A DNA stretch of 64,000 bases from an uncultured Gemmatimonadaceae bacterium (GCA_963829055.1 CAWHHI010000011.1:631384-695383); one strand, 5' to 3'. Shown: positions 30,905-43,536, numbered from the stretch's first letter. The notes: a model not told the origin generated them from the sequence alone. Made by a program: numbers and translations.

Positions 30905-33530
30905 TCACTCACCGCGCAGCACCAACATCGGATCCACAGTCGCCGCACGCCGGGCGGGGATGTAGGCGGCGATGAGCGCGACACCCATGAGAAGGACAAT
31001 GACGACCACATAAGTCCGCGGATCTGTCGGGCTGACGCCGAACAGCAGCGTACTCATGAGCCGCGTGACTGCCCGCGCGAATACCAGTCCGATCGCGGCC
31101 GATATCATGGTCACCCGCAACACGTGTCCTACTACGAGGCGAAGCACGCGCCGGCGCTCGGCGCCGAGTGCCATCCGGACGGCGATCTCGCGCGTACGCT
31201 GCGCGACCGTGAACGACAGGACGCCGTACACCCCGATCGCCGCCATCACGAGCGCAAGCGCGCCGAACGCGGCGAGCACCGTCATGATGAAACGCCGTTC
31301 GGAGAGAGAGCGATCAACGCGCGCCGACAGCGTGCCAATGTCCACCGGCACATCACGATCGATGGAGCGGATGCGATCACGCACCGCGCGCATGAGCTGC
31401 GCCAGGTCGCCGCTTCCGCGCACTACGATGGAGGTGGTGAGCGCGAACTCGGGTCTCTGACGGTACAGGACGAAGTGCTCCGGGACTGCGTCCTGCTCGA
31501 GACCCCAGTGCCTAACGTTGCCGACGACGCCAACAACCGTGAGCCATGGCGTGTCCTTCCATTCCATGCTCTTCGCCTTGAACCGCTTCCCGATCGGATC
31601 CTGCCCTGGCCAGTACCGCTCGGCCATTCTGGCGATTCACGAGCGTGACACGCGCGGTGCCCGAATCATCGGCTGCAGTGAAGAATCGACCTTTCCACAG
31701 CGGTATACCCATGGCATTGAAGTACTGGTCGCTCACGACGCGGTAGCCAGCACCGGCGCCGACGTCTCCCTGTCCCTCGACCACGATGAATCCGCTGGCA
31801 CCCGAGCTCAACGGAAGCGCGTTCGTCTCCGCGACGGCGCTCACGCCGGGAATGGCTCTGAGTGCGGCAAACGTCTCGGCGTAGAACTGCGTGGCACGAC
31901 TCCCGGAATACCTCGAGGCTGGCAGCGAGATCTCCGCGGCGACCGCGCCCTCAGGAACGAAGCCGAGGTCTCGCGAAATCACTGTGCGGAAGCTGCGGAT
32001 CAACAGACCGGCCGCGACAAGCAGTACGATCGCGAGCGCCAACTCCGCGCCGATCAGAATGTCACGCGAGAACGCGCGACGTCGCGTCGCCGTCGAGCGG
32101 GCACCCGTCGCAATCACCGCGTAAAGATGGCCGCGTCCGATCTGAAACGCCGGCGCGAGACCCACGGCCAACCCGACGAGTATGGAAAGCGCCACAGCGA
32201 ACGCCAGCGCGGTTCCGTTCACGCCTATTTCGGCCGCTCGTGGAAGTTGGATGGCCGTGGTGCGAGCGACGAGTCGTACGAACATCCATGCGAGCGCGAC
32301 CCCGCCCGCTCCGCCGGCGACGGCCAGCACGATGCTCTCCACCAACAGCTGCCTGACGAGTCGCATGCGGCCCGCGCCTAACGCAGTGCGAATGGCGAGC
32401 TCCCGAGCGCGCACCTCGGCACGGGCGAGATTCGCACTCGCGAGGTTGGCACACGCGACGAGCAGCACGGCGGCTACCGCTGCGCCGATCAGCGCCAGGT
32501 ACGACCTCGAACCTCCGACGATTCTCTCCTGAAGCGTCGTCACTGACACATCGTACGCGTAGAGATCCTCCGGATGCGCTGCGTGGATCCCGGCCGCGAT
32601 CGTGCGCATCTCCGCGCGCGCCCGTGTGAGTGTGATGCTCGGGGCGAGACGAGCGATCGCCCGGAAGTTGATGTTGTTGCGGCTGGCTGTGCGCCACGGG
32701 TTGCCGTACGAATACGGCACGAAGAGGTCGGTCCCCGCCGGGAACTCGCGCCCCTTGGGCAGCACCCCGACGATCCGATACGTGCCGTTACCGATGCGGA
32801 GCGGCGTGGCAGGCAGCGTGGGCGCGCCGCCTAACGCCCGGACCCAGAAGCCGTGACTCACCACGGCTACCGACTCGTCCCCCTGTGCGTCGGCCGCGGT
32901 CAGCGTACGCCCCATCGCGGCTGGAATGCGAAGCACGCGAAAGAAGTCGCCCGTGACGCTCGTCGTCTCGACGTGCTGCGCGTCGTCGCCGTTGATGACC
33001 GCGCGTCTCGCCGTCGAGTACAGCGCCATGGCTTCGAAGCTCCGGCCCTGCTCGCGCCAGTCGTAGTAGTTCGGGGCGGAGACGGTCTGGATCTCGTTGC
33101 CGAGTGAGTCGTTGCCCGTGAGCGTGACGATCCGCTCGGGCTCGGGGTATGGGAGTGGCCTGAGCAGGACCGCGTCGATGATGGAGAACGCGGCTGTCGT
33201 CGTCCCGATGCCGAGCGTGAGCGTGAGCAATGCGACGGCGGTGAAGCTCGGACTCCGTCGGTAGGATCGCAGCGCGAAGTGGACGTCGCGGGTGAGGTCG
33301 TGGGCCCATGACATTCCCCGCGCGTCGCGCACGGCCTCCTTGAACCGCGTCTCGCCGCCGAACTCGCGGGCGGCAAGCGCACGCGCCTCGACGGGACCAA
33401 GCCCGTGCGACTCGTGCCAGCGTGTTTGCATCTCGAGGTGGAAGCTCAGCTCCTCGTCGAGCTCGCGCTCGAAGCGGCGCGGACGTACGAGGGTCCGAAG
33501 GCGGCGGAGCAACTTGTTCAGGAATCGCAT
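30905..33530 (-). CDS. ADOP-type duplicated ABC permease (MacB_PCD/FtsX x2), frameshift near 31630
   Basis: ELDEELSFHLEM prefix, LLRPLPYPEP, LVACANLA, RELAIRTALGA, REIAVRMALGA and PARRAATVDP. Confidence 0.93.
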
Positions 33531-33539
33531 GGGCCTGCC

Positions 33540-33872
33540 TCACGCGAACTGGAGAACGAGCTGTATGGCTTCGGAGAAACGACGCCACGTCGCCGTCTCG
33601 CGCGCGAGCTGTCGTTTGCCGGCGCCAGTGATCTCGTAGAACTTGGCCCGGCGGCCGAGCTCCGAGACGCCCCACTCGGACCTAACGAGTCCGTCGTCCT
33701 CGAGTCGGTGGAGCGCGGGATAGAGCGATCCCTGATTCACGCGCAGTGCGTCGCGCGAGATCTCCTGGATGCGGTGCGAGACGGCCCATCCATGCATGGG
33801 CTCGCGCGAGAGCGTGCGCAGGATGAGGAGGTCGACGGTACCCTGGAGGAGCTCGTCGGTAGGGAGTGGCAT
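33540..33872 (-). CDS. PadR-family transcriptional regulator (ADOP-associated type)
   Basis: LLQGTVDLLILRTL, GSLYPALHRLE and RRAKFYEIT. Confidence 0.95.
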   Translation of the reverse strand: MPLPTDELLQGTVDLLILRTLSREPMHGWAVSHRIQEISRDALRVNQGSLYPALHRLEDDGLVRSEWGVSELGRRAKFYEITGAGKRQLARETATWRRFSEAIQLVLQFA

Positions 33873-33953
33873 CGCGGAGTCCGGTGGTTGTTGTCGGCAG
33901 GCTACACCAGGACAGTATACCACTTGGTGTCAGCCGTCGACAACAGCGCGCGG

Positions 33954-34060
33954 TGTCATCCCGAGGAGCGCCAGCGACGAGGGATCTTCTGTGAAGTCAT
34001 CGTGGCCAGACCGGCTACAATGACATCACAGAAGGTCCCTCGCTGCCGCTCGGGATGACA
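33954..34060. repeat. REP/REPIN-like element, type B
   Basis: TGTCATCCCGAGG...GAGGGATCTTCTGTGA...TCACAGAAGGTCCCTC...GCTCGGGATGACA. Confidence 0.88.
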
Positions 34061-34159
34061 TGGATGCTTCTGCGGCTTCTGCGCGGTCTGAGCGCTCTGC
34101 GTGCCGTAGTTCGACCGCGCCCGCCCTGCCTCTAGCCGCGCCAACCACCTGGTCGTACC

Positions 34160-34810
34160 ATGGAGGCGAACCAGAACCCGAGGCTTCGAGTGCCCGATTC
34201 ATCCAGCGGATCGCGCCCCTCACGCCGAGACTTCGTCAGTCAGCTCGGCGCCGGTGTCAGCGCGGCGCTGCTCGCGTCGCTGTGGCCGCAAGCGCTCGCT
34301 GATGCGGCTGCTGCCGAGGACGCGGTCGCCCTCGGCCAGACACCCAGGTACAAGACCCTCACGGTGGCGCAGGCGAACGACTTCGGTGCCATCGCCGACC
34401 GCATTATTCCCCCTGACGACACGCCGGGTGCGCGAGCCGCGGGTGTCGTGTTCTTCGCGGACCGCATGCTCGCAGGCTTCGGCGCTGCGCAGAAGCCCGC
34501 CTTCGACAAGGCACTCGCGGCCGTGAATGCCGCGTCTCGAAAGCGCGTGGCCAAAACGGCGTCGTTCGCGGCGCTCTCGGCGAAGCAGCAGGACGAAATC
34601 CTCGCGTCGATCGAGACGACCGACGGTTTCGGCGTGCTGCGCGCGATCACCGTCGCCGGCTACTTCTCGCACCCGAGCTACGGAGGCAACCGCGACAAGG
34701 GCGGATGGAAGGCGATTGGCTTCGAGGATCGCATGCAGTGGTCGCCGCCGTTCGGGTACTACGATCGGCCTGCCGTCATGGCGCAACTGCTCCCGAGGAA
34801 GACCACGTGA
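34160..34810 (+). CDS. Gluconate 2-dehydrogenase subunit 3 family protein, Tat-exported
   Basis: SRRDFV; IADRIIPPDDTPGA; GYFSHPSYGGNRDKGGWKAIGF. Confidence 0.9.
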   Translation: MEANQNPRLRVPDSSSGSRPSRRDFVSQLGAGVSAALLASLWPQALADAAAAEDAVALGQTPRYKTLTVAQANDFGAIADRIIPPDDTPGARAAGVVFFADRMLAGFGAAQKPAFDKALAAVNAASRKRVAKTASFAALSAKQQDEILASIETTDGFGVLRAITVAGYFSHPSYGGNRDKGGWKAIGFEDRMQWSPPFGYYDRPAVMAQLLPRKTT

Positions 34811-36487
34811 CGCCTGCCGTTAGGCAGTCGCCGTCCGTTCGCTACGCGCCCACCGATGAGGTGGATTTCGTCATCGTCGGGGCCGGCGCCGCGGGCGGCG
34901 TCATGGCACGTGAGCTCGCGACGAACGGCTTCCGCGTCGTCGTCCTCGAACAGGGCCCGTACCTGCACGAGACGGACTTCAAGCATGATGAGCTCGCGTC
35001 GTTCCAGCGACACCAGCTCACGAACGACTTCACGCAACAGCCGCAGACCTTCCGGAAGTCCGCCGCCGACAAGGCCGAGCGGCGCGACTATCTCGCGTAT
35101 GGCCGTATGGTGGGCGGCGGTAGCGTGCACTTCACCGCGAACTACTGGCGCTTCCACGAAGTCGACTTCGAGGAACGCAGTCGTAACGGCTCCGTGGCCG
35201 GCGCGAGCATCGAAGACTGGCCGATTCGTTATGCAGACCTCGAGCCCTACTATACGAAAGTCGAATGGGAAGTCGGCGTGAGCGGGCTTGCCGGCGCCAA
35301 CCCGTTCGATCCGCCACGATCGAAGCCGTACCCGCTGCCGCCACTCCCGGTCAAACCGTCGGGCGTCCTGTTCGAGGTCGCGGCCCGGAAGCTGGGCTGG
35401 CACGCCGCGCCCGCACCAATGGCCGTGCTGTCACAGCCGTACCGCGGACGCCCGGCGTGTCAGCACTGCGGATTCTGCGAGTCGTTCGGCTGCGAATGGA
35501 AGGCGAAGTCGAGCGCACTCGCGACGGTCATCCCGGAAGCCGAACGAACGGGTCGCTGCGAGATCCGACCGAACAGCTACGTGCGCCGCATCCAGACCAA
35601 CAACAGCGGGCTGGTGACGGGCGTCGTCTACTTCGATGGCGCGAAGCGCGAGGTCATGCAGCGCGCGAAGGCCGTCGTCGTCTGCGCGAACGGAGCGGAG
35701 ACGCCGCGTCTCCTGCTCATGTCGGCGTCGAATCAGTTTCCGAACGGGCTCGCGAACTCGAGCGGCGCCGTCGGTAAGTACCTCATGTTCAACGGCGGCG
35801 CGTTCGCCGGCGGGCTGTACGAGCACGAGGTCAACGGCCACAAGAGCGTGCAGGTGAGCCGGTACATGCAGGACTTCTATCGGCTCGACAAGAAGTACGG
35901 GCTCGCGGGCGGTGGCGGCATCGACACGCGGTTCGACTGGTATCCGGTCGGCTTCGCGATGGACGCGCTGCCATCCGACGGCCCCCGCTGGGGAGCGGAG
36001 TACAAGCGCATGCTCCGCGAGTACTACACGCGCTCCATGTACGCGCTCGCGCACACGACGTCGCTGCCACAGGAGACGAGCACGATCACGCTCGATCCGG
36101 AGCTCGAGGACGCGTGGGGCCTTCCGGCGATCCGCACGACGTTCACCGAGCACCCGAACGATGTGAAGCTCTACGAGTTCTTCCTCGAACGCTGCGTCGA
36201 GCTGCTGGACGCGGCCGGCGCGAAGCGCACGTGGAAGTTCGGGCTGGACGCGCCGTGGCAGGTCCACTTGTTAGGCACGTGCCGGATGGGCAACGACCCG
36301 AAGGCGTCGGTCGTGGACAAGTTCCATCGCGCGCACGACGTGGCCGAATCTGTTCATCGTGGACGGGAGCAGCTTCGTCACGTCAGGCACGGGACAGCCG
36401 ACGATGACGATTCAGGCGCTGGCATTTCGGGCGGCAGAGGCCATCACAGGAATGGCCAGGCGCGGCGAGATCTCCAGGCGCGCGTAA
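34807..36487 (+). CDS. GMC-family oxidoreductase (frameshift near 36345)
   Basis: VIVGAGAAGG, GRMVGGGS, CQHCGFC..FGC and HLLGTCRMG; shifted tail NLFIVDGSSF...QPTMTIQALAFR; GTGA overlap with subunit 3. Confidence 0.92.
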
Positions 36488-36501
36488 CAGCGTGACAGGG
36501 C

Positions 36502-36714
36502 CGGGCATCCGGCGGCGGCATGGCCAGTTCCAAGTGCGTCAGCAACTGCTCAGGGTGAGGTGTCAGGCATCAGGTCCGCGTCGACACGGAGCTGGTGCGC
36601 AATGGCTCGAACGACGGCAGCGACCGTGCCGACCGTGGCTCAGCCTGATGCCTGACACCTCATACTGAAGTGCTGACGTGCTGAGTGACTGGCCATGCCG
36701 CCGCCGGATGCCCG
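36502..36714 (+). repeat. Structured about 210-nt element (MITE-like or ncRNA), copy 1
   Basis: Perfect 27-bp terminal inverted repeat and 19-bp inner stem; homolog at 41020-41225. Confidence 0.85.
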
Positions 36715-36738
36715 CCGAATGCCTGCCGCTGTCGAGCA

Positions 36739-38024
36739 CTAACGAATCTCCTTGAGCCGCCTGAGCGGCGGAACCTTCCACGCCGTCGCACTCACGACCA
36801 GCAGCGTCATCGCGCCGCCGAAGACCACCGCCCGAACCGCGCCTAACAACTTCGCCGCCACGCCGGACTCGAACGCACCAATCTCGTTCGATGACCCGAT
36901 GAAGATCGAGTTCACCGCCGACACCCGCCCCATGCAGATGCGGCCGGCGTGAACACCTGAAGCAGCGTCGAGCGGATGACGACGCTCACCATGTCGAACA
37001 GTCCGCTCGCCACGAGGAGCGCGACGGACAGCACGAAGGATCGCGACAGTCCAAAGCCGATGATCGAGAGCCCGAAGCCCGCGACGGCGATGAACAACGC
37101 GCGTCCGGCACGTCGGATCGGCGGACGATGCGTGAGCACGAGCGACATCGCCACCGCGCCCGCGGCGGGCGCCGCCTGCATGATGCCGAGCCCCTCCGGC
37201 CCGACGTGCAGGATCTCCGCGGCAAAGATCGGCAGCAACGCCACCGCGCCGCCGAACAGCACCGAGAACATGTCGAGCGTCAGGGCGCCGAGAACGACAG
37301 GCTGATGCAGGACGAACCGGACGCCGACGCCAAGGCTCTCCCACACCGTCTCCGATTTCGCCTCCACTGGTGTCACGACACGGCGCACCTGCGCGAGACA
37401 CGCGAGCGCCACGAGGAACAGCGACGCCGCGACGCCATACGCGAGACGCGCGCTGCCGAACGCGTACAGCAGTCCTCCGAGCGCCGGCCCGACCACCGCG
37501 GCGAGCTGCCACGCAGCACTCCGCCACGCCGACGCCCGCGCATACAGCTCACGCACCACCAGCTCGGCCGCCAGTGCCGCTCGCGCCGGCGTGAGAAAGC
37601 TGCGCGCGATCCCGCTCACCGCGATGACGAGGTAGATCGGCCAGATCGCGCTGCCCGGCCGGAGGCGGAATGACAGCGCGAAGAGCGTCGCTGAACACAG
37701 CAGCATGACGCCGAGCGAGACGATGGAGACCTGGCGGCGGTCGATGCGATCGGCCACGTGGCCGGCGAACAACGCGACGCCGATGAACGGCAACGCTTCG
37801 GAGAGTCCGATGAGCCCGAGCGCGAGCGGGTCGTGTGTGAGCGCGTAGATCTGCCATCCCACGACGACTGCCTGCACCTGCTGCGCGAGCGTCGCCGGAA
37901 GCAGACTCACGATGAACCACCGGAACGACGCAAACCGAAGCGGCGCGTACGGATCCTCGGGCGTACCTATGAGCTCCGGGCGCACCTTTGGCCGCCGCAC
38001 GCGCGAGCGAAACGGAATCGACAT
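36739..38024 (-). CDS. MFS transporter (EntS/DHA3-like), frameshift near 36940
   Basis: [26 protein letters not shown] and [24 protein letters not shown]. Confidence 0.9.
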
Positions 38025-38097
38025 TCCGATGAGTGAGAGCGACGGTCGGGCCGGAAGGATCCGGCGACGTCCGGAAAGCTAAACGTCGAGGGTCCCG

Positions 38098-38268
38098 GTC
38101 ATTCCGAGCGGACTTTTGTCATTCCGAGCGGAGCGCGCGCGGAGCGCACGCGCAGTCGAGGAATCGAGATCGTATGTGTAGAGAGGGCTCTCTATCGGGA
38201 CGTTCGCGATTCCTCGACTCGCTGTCGCTCGCTCGGAATGACAGCCGGCTGACGCTCGCTCGGAGTGA
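38098..38268. repeat. REP/REPIN-like element, type A, with duplicated ends
   Basis: GTCATTCCGAGCG x2...TAGAGAGGGCTCTCTA...GCTCGGAATGACA. Confidence 0.85.
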
Positions 38269-38434
38269 CCCGTCGCCAGCCTCGCGTCCACCGGCGGACC
38301 GCCGACGAGCCAGCCCCGACAGCTCGTCCCTAACGCGGACGGGTGGACCCAATGTAACAGCGGTCCGGTCCCTGATGCCTTTCTGGTAGGTGCGGGCCAT
38401 ACCAGTTTCGGCCACCCCTTATCGGAGCAACCCG

Positions 38435-39992
38435 ATGCCGCCTCGCGCGCGCCGCGGACGCATCCTCGCCGTCGCCATCGACCAGAAGTCGGGGCAGCCG
38501 TTGTACCGCCAGATCTATAGCCACGTCCGCCAGTGCATCCTCGACGGTCGACTGGCGCCGGGCTCCCGCCTGCCGTCTACGCGACAGCTCGCGGCGGACC
38601 TCCGCGTCTCGCGGAGCACGGCGGTCCAGGCCTACGAGCAGCTCAGAGCCGAGGGGTACATCGAAGGCCTCGGCGGTGCGGAGACGCGGGTGAGTGGGGC
38701 GCTCCCGGATTCGTTCGTCCGTACCGCCGCCCGCGAAGCCGATCACGCGGTGCCGTTGAGATCGTTGCTGGTGCCGTCCAGCCGTGCTCGCGCGGCGGCC
38801 GCGGCCCTCCGAAGAACGCCAGCACCCGTCGGCATGGGACCGCGCGCGTTTCGCGCCGGTGTCCCCGCCGTCGACGTGTTTCCCGTGGACACGTGGGGGC
38901 GGATCATGGCGCGTCGCTGGGGGCGAACACCCGCCCGCGATCTCTCCTACGGCGAGCCGTTCGGCTATCGCCCGCTTCGCGAGGCCGTCGCCGACTACCT
39001 CCGCGCCGCGCGCGGCGTCCGATGCACCGCCGATCAGGTGATGATCACGTCCGGCTCGCAGCAGGCGCTCGACCTCACGTTGCGCGTGCTGATCGATCCC
39101 GGTGACAAGATCTGGCACGAGGACCCGGGGTATCACGGCGCCCGCGGAGCCTTCGTGGCGGCTGGCGCGAACGTCATCCCGGTGCCGGTCGACCAGGATG
39201 GGCTGGACGTGATGGCCGGACGGACGCTGGCCCCGGACGCTCGCCTCGCCTTCGTGACGCCGTCTCGCCAGCTACCCCTCGGCGCGACGATGTCGCTGCC
39301 GCGGCGACTCGCGCTGCTCGAGTGGGCTGCCGCGTCGCGGTCGGCGATCTTCGAGGACGACTACGATAGCGAGTTCCGCTACGCGTCCCGTCCGTTGCCG
39401 GCGCTGCAGGGTCTCGACCGCGGCGGCTGCGTGCTGTACTCCGGCACGTTCAGCAAGGTCACGTTCCCGTCGATGCGACTCGGCTATCTCGTGGTGCCGA
39501 CGGCGTTGATCGACGTGTTCGCCGCGGCGCGACACTTCTGCGACATGCACTCGCCGTTCCTCGAGCAGGCGGTGATGACGGACTTCATCGTCGAGGGACA
39601 TTTCGAGCGGCACATCAGGCGCATGCGCGCGATCTACCACGAGCGCCAGGTGCTGCTCGTGAATCTCGCGCGCGAGCGGTTCGGTGGGCTGCTCGATGTC
39701 CGTCCCGCGGATGCCGGGATGACGGTGGTCGGCTGGTTAGGCGGCGGACTCGACGACGTCACGACCACACGCGCGGCCGAGCGTGCGGGATTGCACGTGC
39801 TATCCGTTGTCGCCGCTGTCCGTCCGTCCGATGCCCCCCGCCCTGCTCCTCGGCTACGCCGGCGTGCGCGACGACGAGATCAGGGATGGCGTGAATCGTC
39901 TGGCGATCGTGCTCGAGCAGCTGATGCGGAGCCGCATCGCACCTAACGATTCCGTGCGGCGGATGAGCGCGGTGGGGGCGTCGGTGGCCTGA
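38435..39992 (+). CDS. MocR/GabR-family regulator (GntR HTH + PLP aminotransferase domain), frameshift near 39805
   Basis: PLYRQIY, RLPSTRQLA, AYEQLRAEGY, TSGSQQAL, EDDYDSEFRY and GTFSK. Confidence 0.93.
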
Positions 39993-40016
39993 ACGACACC
40001 CGACTTCGTGAGAACC

Positions 40017-40945
40017 CTACGCCACGTCAGTCGTCGCGGCTGACGCGTGCCACCACGAGAGCACGAGCGTCGAGCCGATGATCGTGACGGCGCCGGCGAG
40101 CGTCCACACGTCCGGGATCTCGCCGAGGAGCAGCGCGCCCCACACGACCGCGAACGCGACCTGCAGATAGCCGGTCGTCGTCGCGCGCGCGGTCCGCTCG
40201 AGCTGGAGCCCGCGCGTCATGCTCACCTGCGCGAGCTGCGTCGTTATCCCGACGCCGAGCAGCAGCACCCACTCCTACGGCGTTAGGCCACTGCCAGTCC
40301 AGCGAGCGCGAACGGCAGCGACATCGGAACGCTCAGCAGCGGGAGGTAGAACGACGATCACGAGCGGGTGCTCGGCACCGCGCATCTTCCGCACGAGCGT
40401 GTACGCGGCGCCGCTGCAGAGCGCGCCCGAGCAGCGCGATCGCGATGTCCAGCGGGCTGCGGGCGCGGCGACGGCGGCACCGAACAGCCACGACGGGTGC
40501 GCGATGAACATGCACGCCGACGAGGCTCGCCACGAGACAGAGGATCTCTGGCGCGCGAATGAACTCGTCGAGGATGACGGCCGCGAGCAGCGTGGCGAAC
40601 ACGGGATTCATGTTCTGAATCAGCGTCGCTTCGCCGAGCGGCAGGTGGACGAGCGAGTAGAAGTAGCAGAGCAGCGCTGTCGAGCCGAGCGGTGCCGCGA
40701 ACGGCGAGCAGGCGCCGGTTCGTTCCCCATGGTGAGACGCCCGACGCGGCGCAGGGCACCACCAGCTGAGCGCGAGCGTGATGACGCCCCGCGACGAGGA
40801 CGATCTCCATGCTGCCGAGTCGGCGGCCGGCGAGCTTCACGAGAAGGCCCATGATGCTGAACCAGAAGGCGCCGATGGCCATGGCCCGAATCCCGGGCGA
40901 GATCAGCGGCTGGCGGACGGCTTCAGGCTGAGAGGCGAGAGACAC
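40017..40945 (-). CDS. DMT/EamA-family transporter (several frameshifts)
   Basis: GAFWFSIMGLLVK, MNPVFATLLAAVIL and GYLQVAFAVVWGALLLGE in successive ORFs. Confidence 0.85.
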
Positions 40946-41019
40946 GGCTGAATACTATCGAAGCGGAGAGCCACTCGTCCGCGCCTGCGTCGGCCTCGCA
41001 CGGACGATCCGGCGATACC

Positions 41020-41225
41020 CGGCATCATTTCGGCGGCTTGGCCAGTGACTCAGCACTGAGTCGCGTCAGTACGAGGTTTCAGGCATCAGGGTCAGAAACG
41101 GCGGCGAGACGCGCGCCGTTCGCCATTGCGCACGGCGCCGTATCGACGCGGACCTGATGCCTGAAACCTCGCGACTGAGCAGTTGCTGACGCACTTGGAA
41201 CTGGCCATGCCGCCGCCGGATGCCG
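41020..41225 (-). repeat. Structured about 210-nt element, copy 2
   Basis: Reverse complement shares GGCATCCGGCGGCGGCATGGCCAGTTCCAAGTGCGTCAGCAACTGCTCAG with 36504-36553. Confidence 0.85.
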
Positions 41226-41266
41226 CGCCGTCTGGACATCTGGCGCCGTTCGCGATGTCGCAGTCG

Positions 41267-42242
41267 TTAGGCGCCGAGCTCGATCACGCGTTCCAACGCC
41301 TTCCGCTTCGCGCGGCTGTACACCTGCCAGGCCGCCGCGAGGTCCTGGAACGCGAGGCCCACGGTCCCGAAGATCGTGATCTGATCCGCGCGCGTGCGTC
41401 CCGGCTTCACGCCGGCGATCACCTCGCCCAGCTCGGCGTGAATCGCTTCGGGGCCGAGCCCGGCGCCCGCGATCGCGCCCATGCGCGCGGCGAGGTCGCG
41501 ATCGTCGGCAGACGAACAGGGAGCTCGCGATGAGTCCCGCGTCCACCTCGCCCTTGGCCGGCTCGTCGGCGCCGACCGCGGTGATGTGGACGCCGTCGCG
41601 CACCATCGCGCGCGTGCAGGAACGGCTCGCTTCGACCACGTCGCCGTGATGATGACATCGGCGTCGCGCACCGCGTCGGCGACGTGCTCGCGGACGACGA
41701 CCTCGATACCTAACGCCGGCCCGACGCGCGCCGCGTACGCCTCCGCTCGTCCAGGCACGGAGTCCACGACGTCCACGCGCTCGACGCGCCGGACGAGCTG
41801 CAGCGCGCGCACCTGGGCCTCGCCCTGCACCCCGGCGCCGATGACGGCCACGCGCGGCGCGTCGCGTCGCGCGAGCACGTCGGCGGCGAGCGCACCGGCG
41901 AGCGCGGTACGTTCGGCGGTGATGACGATGGAGTCCATGATCGCCAGCACGGCGCCGGTCTCCATGTCCGTCGAGGTTGCATCGAGCCGACGACGCTGCG
42001 CGCCGCGCCGGGTATCTTCGTGTTCACCTTCACGGTGAACGCCGGGATGCCGTCGATGATGCCCGGGAAACACGATCATGACGGATGCGTCCGCCTGGCC
42101 CCGGCAGCGGCGACCCGGCGCGCAGCGCGGCGGTGGTGCGGCGCGTCGAGTACTCGGCGAACGCGTCGCGGAGCGCGCGGAGCAGCGCCTCGCGGTCGAG
42201 CAGCTGCCGCACCTGGGCGGCGGAGAGAATGAGCGTCGGCAC
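41267..42242 (-). CDS. Ornithine cyclodeaminase/mu-crystallin family protein (frameshifted)
   Basis: TLILSAAQV, ITAERTA, VIGAGVQG, ADVIITAT, HITAVGAD and GLAFQDLAAA. Confidence 0.88.
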
Positions 42243-42387
42243 GCGGCGAATGCTAGGCGGTCGAGGGACTCGCCGTGTAGCCGGCTCAGCAGCTCTCATG
42301 CTTGTGGCCGCGTCGAGCGCGGTCATGCAGCCTTGCTGGTCCGGCCGCCGATTCCCAAGTTCCCGAGTCCCCGGTTCCCCGATCCCA

Positions 42388-43414
42388 GTGCAACGCTTTC
42401 CGTGGGAGCGCTACAGCGAAGATCGGCTGCTCAAGGTCCGGCTCAAGGACCTTGGCGTGACCATCGAGGGCACGTGGCTGGAAGGCGTGTGTCACGCAGC
42501 TGTACGAGGAGCTCGATGCGCGCGCGCTCGCGCTCAAGCCGCACGTGTGGTTGTCGGACGAGTGGTTCTCGCCAGGTGGCGTCCCGGGATTCGCCGTTCC
42601 GTTCTACCTCGCGCACCCGCGGCTCCGACGACTCGAGCGCAACCAGATCCTCGACGTCGAAGGCGCGTCGCGCGCGGAGTGCATGCGCATCATGCGGCAC
42701 GAGACGGGGCACGCGATCCAGCACGGCTACCAGCTGCATCGCCGTCGCAAGTGGCAGGAGCTGTTCGGCAAGTCGTCGACGAAGTACCCGGAGTACTACC
42801 GGCCGAATCCGTCGAGCAAGCGGTACGTGCAGCACCTGCGTCTCTGGTACGCGCAGAGCCATCCGGACGAGGACTTCGCGGAGACGTTCGCGGTGTGGCT
42901 CAGGCCGCGGTCGGACTGGCGCATCGCGTTATGCAGGCTGGCCGGCGCTTCGAGAAGCTTCGGTACGTCGATACGCTGATGAGCGAGATCTGCGACCAGA
43001 AGCCGCTCGGTCGCGACGCGACGCGTGATCGAGCCGCTGTCGAAGATGACGAAAACGCTCGCGCAGCATTACGAGTCGCGCCGCGAGAAGTACACGGTCA
43101 AGTTCCCGAACACGTACGACGCGGACCTGCAGCGTCTCTTCTCCGACGAGCCGCGTCACCGGCGTCAGGAGACGGCCGCGCGCTTCCTTCGTCGTAACAA
43201 GGGCGAGATTCGTCGCCTGGTGGCGAAGTGGACGGGCGAGTTCCAGTACACGCTCGAGCTGGTGCTCGAGGACATGATCGGGCGATGCAAGGACCTGCGA
43301 CTGCGCGTCGTCGGTCCGGAGCGGGAGATCGTGATGGACTTCTCCGTGCTGCTGACGGTGAAGACAATGCACTTTCTCTACAGCCAGGGGAGAAGGGATT
43401 GGATAGCGCTCTGA
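42388..43414 (+). CDS. Putative zinc-binding (zincin-like) metallopeptidase (frameshifted)
   Basis: WLSDEWFSP, RHETGHA (HExxH) and YAQSHPDEDFAETFAVWL; segments in several frames. Confidence 0.82.
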
Positions 43415-43418
43415 TAGC

Positions 43419-43536
43419 GACTGGGACTGGGACTGGGGACTGGGTAACGGCGCTGGGAGCGCCGGCAGCGGTAGAGCGTATCGGGTTCCCAGTCCCCAGT
43501 CCCAGTCCCCAGTCCCCACTGCAGTCCCCAGTCCCC
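43419..43536. repeat. Inverted arrays of 6-7-bp tandem repeats (GACTGGG(G) / (C)CCCAGTC)
   Basis: Left arm 43419-43444, right arm 43488-43536. Confidence 0.85.

Noticed and set aside
30905..33872. PadR + ADOP permease as a novel system
   Set aside because: A well-known, highly expanded gene pair in Acidobacteriota and related soil lineages.
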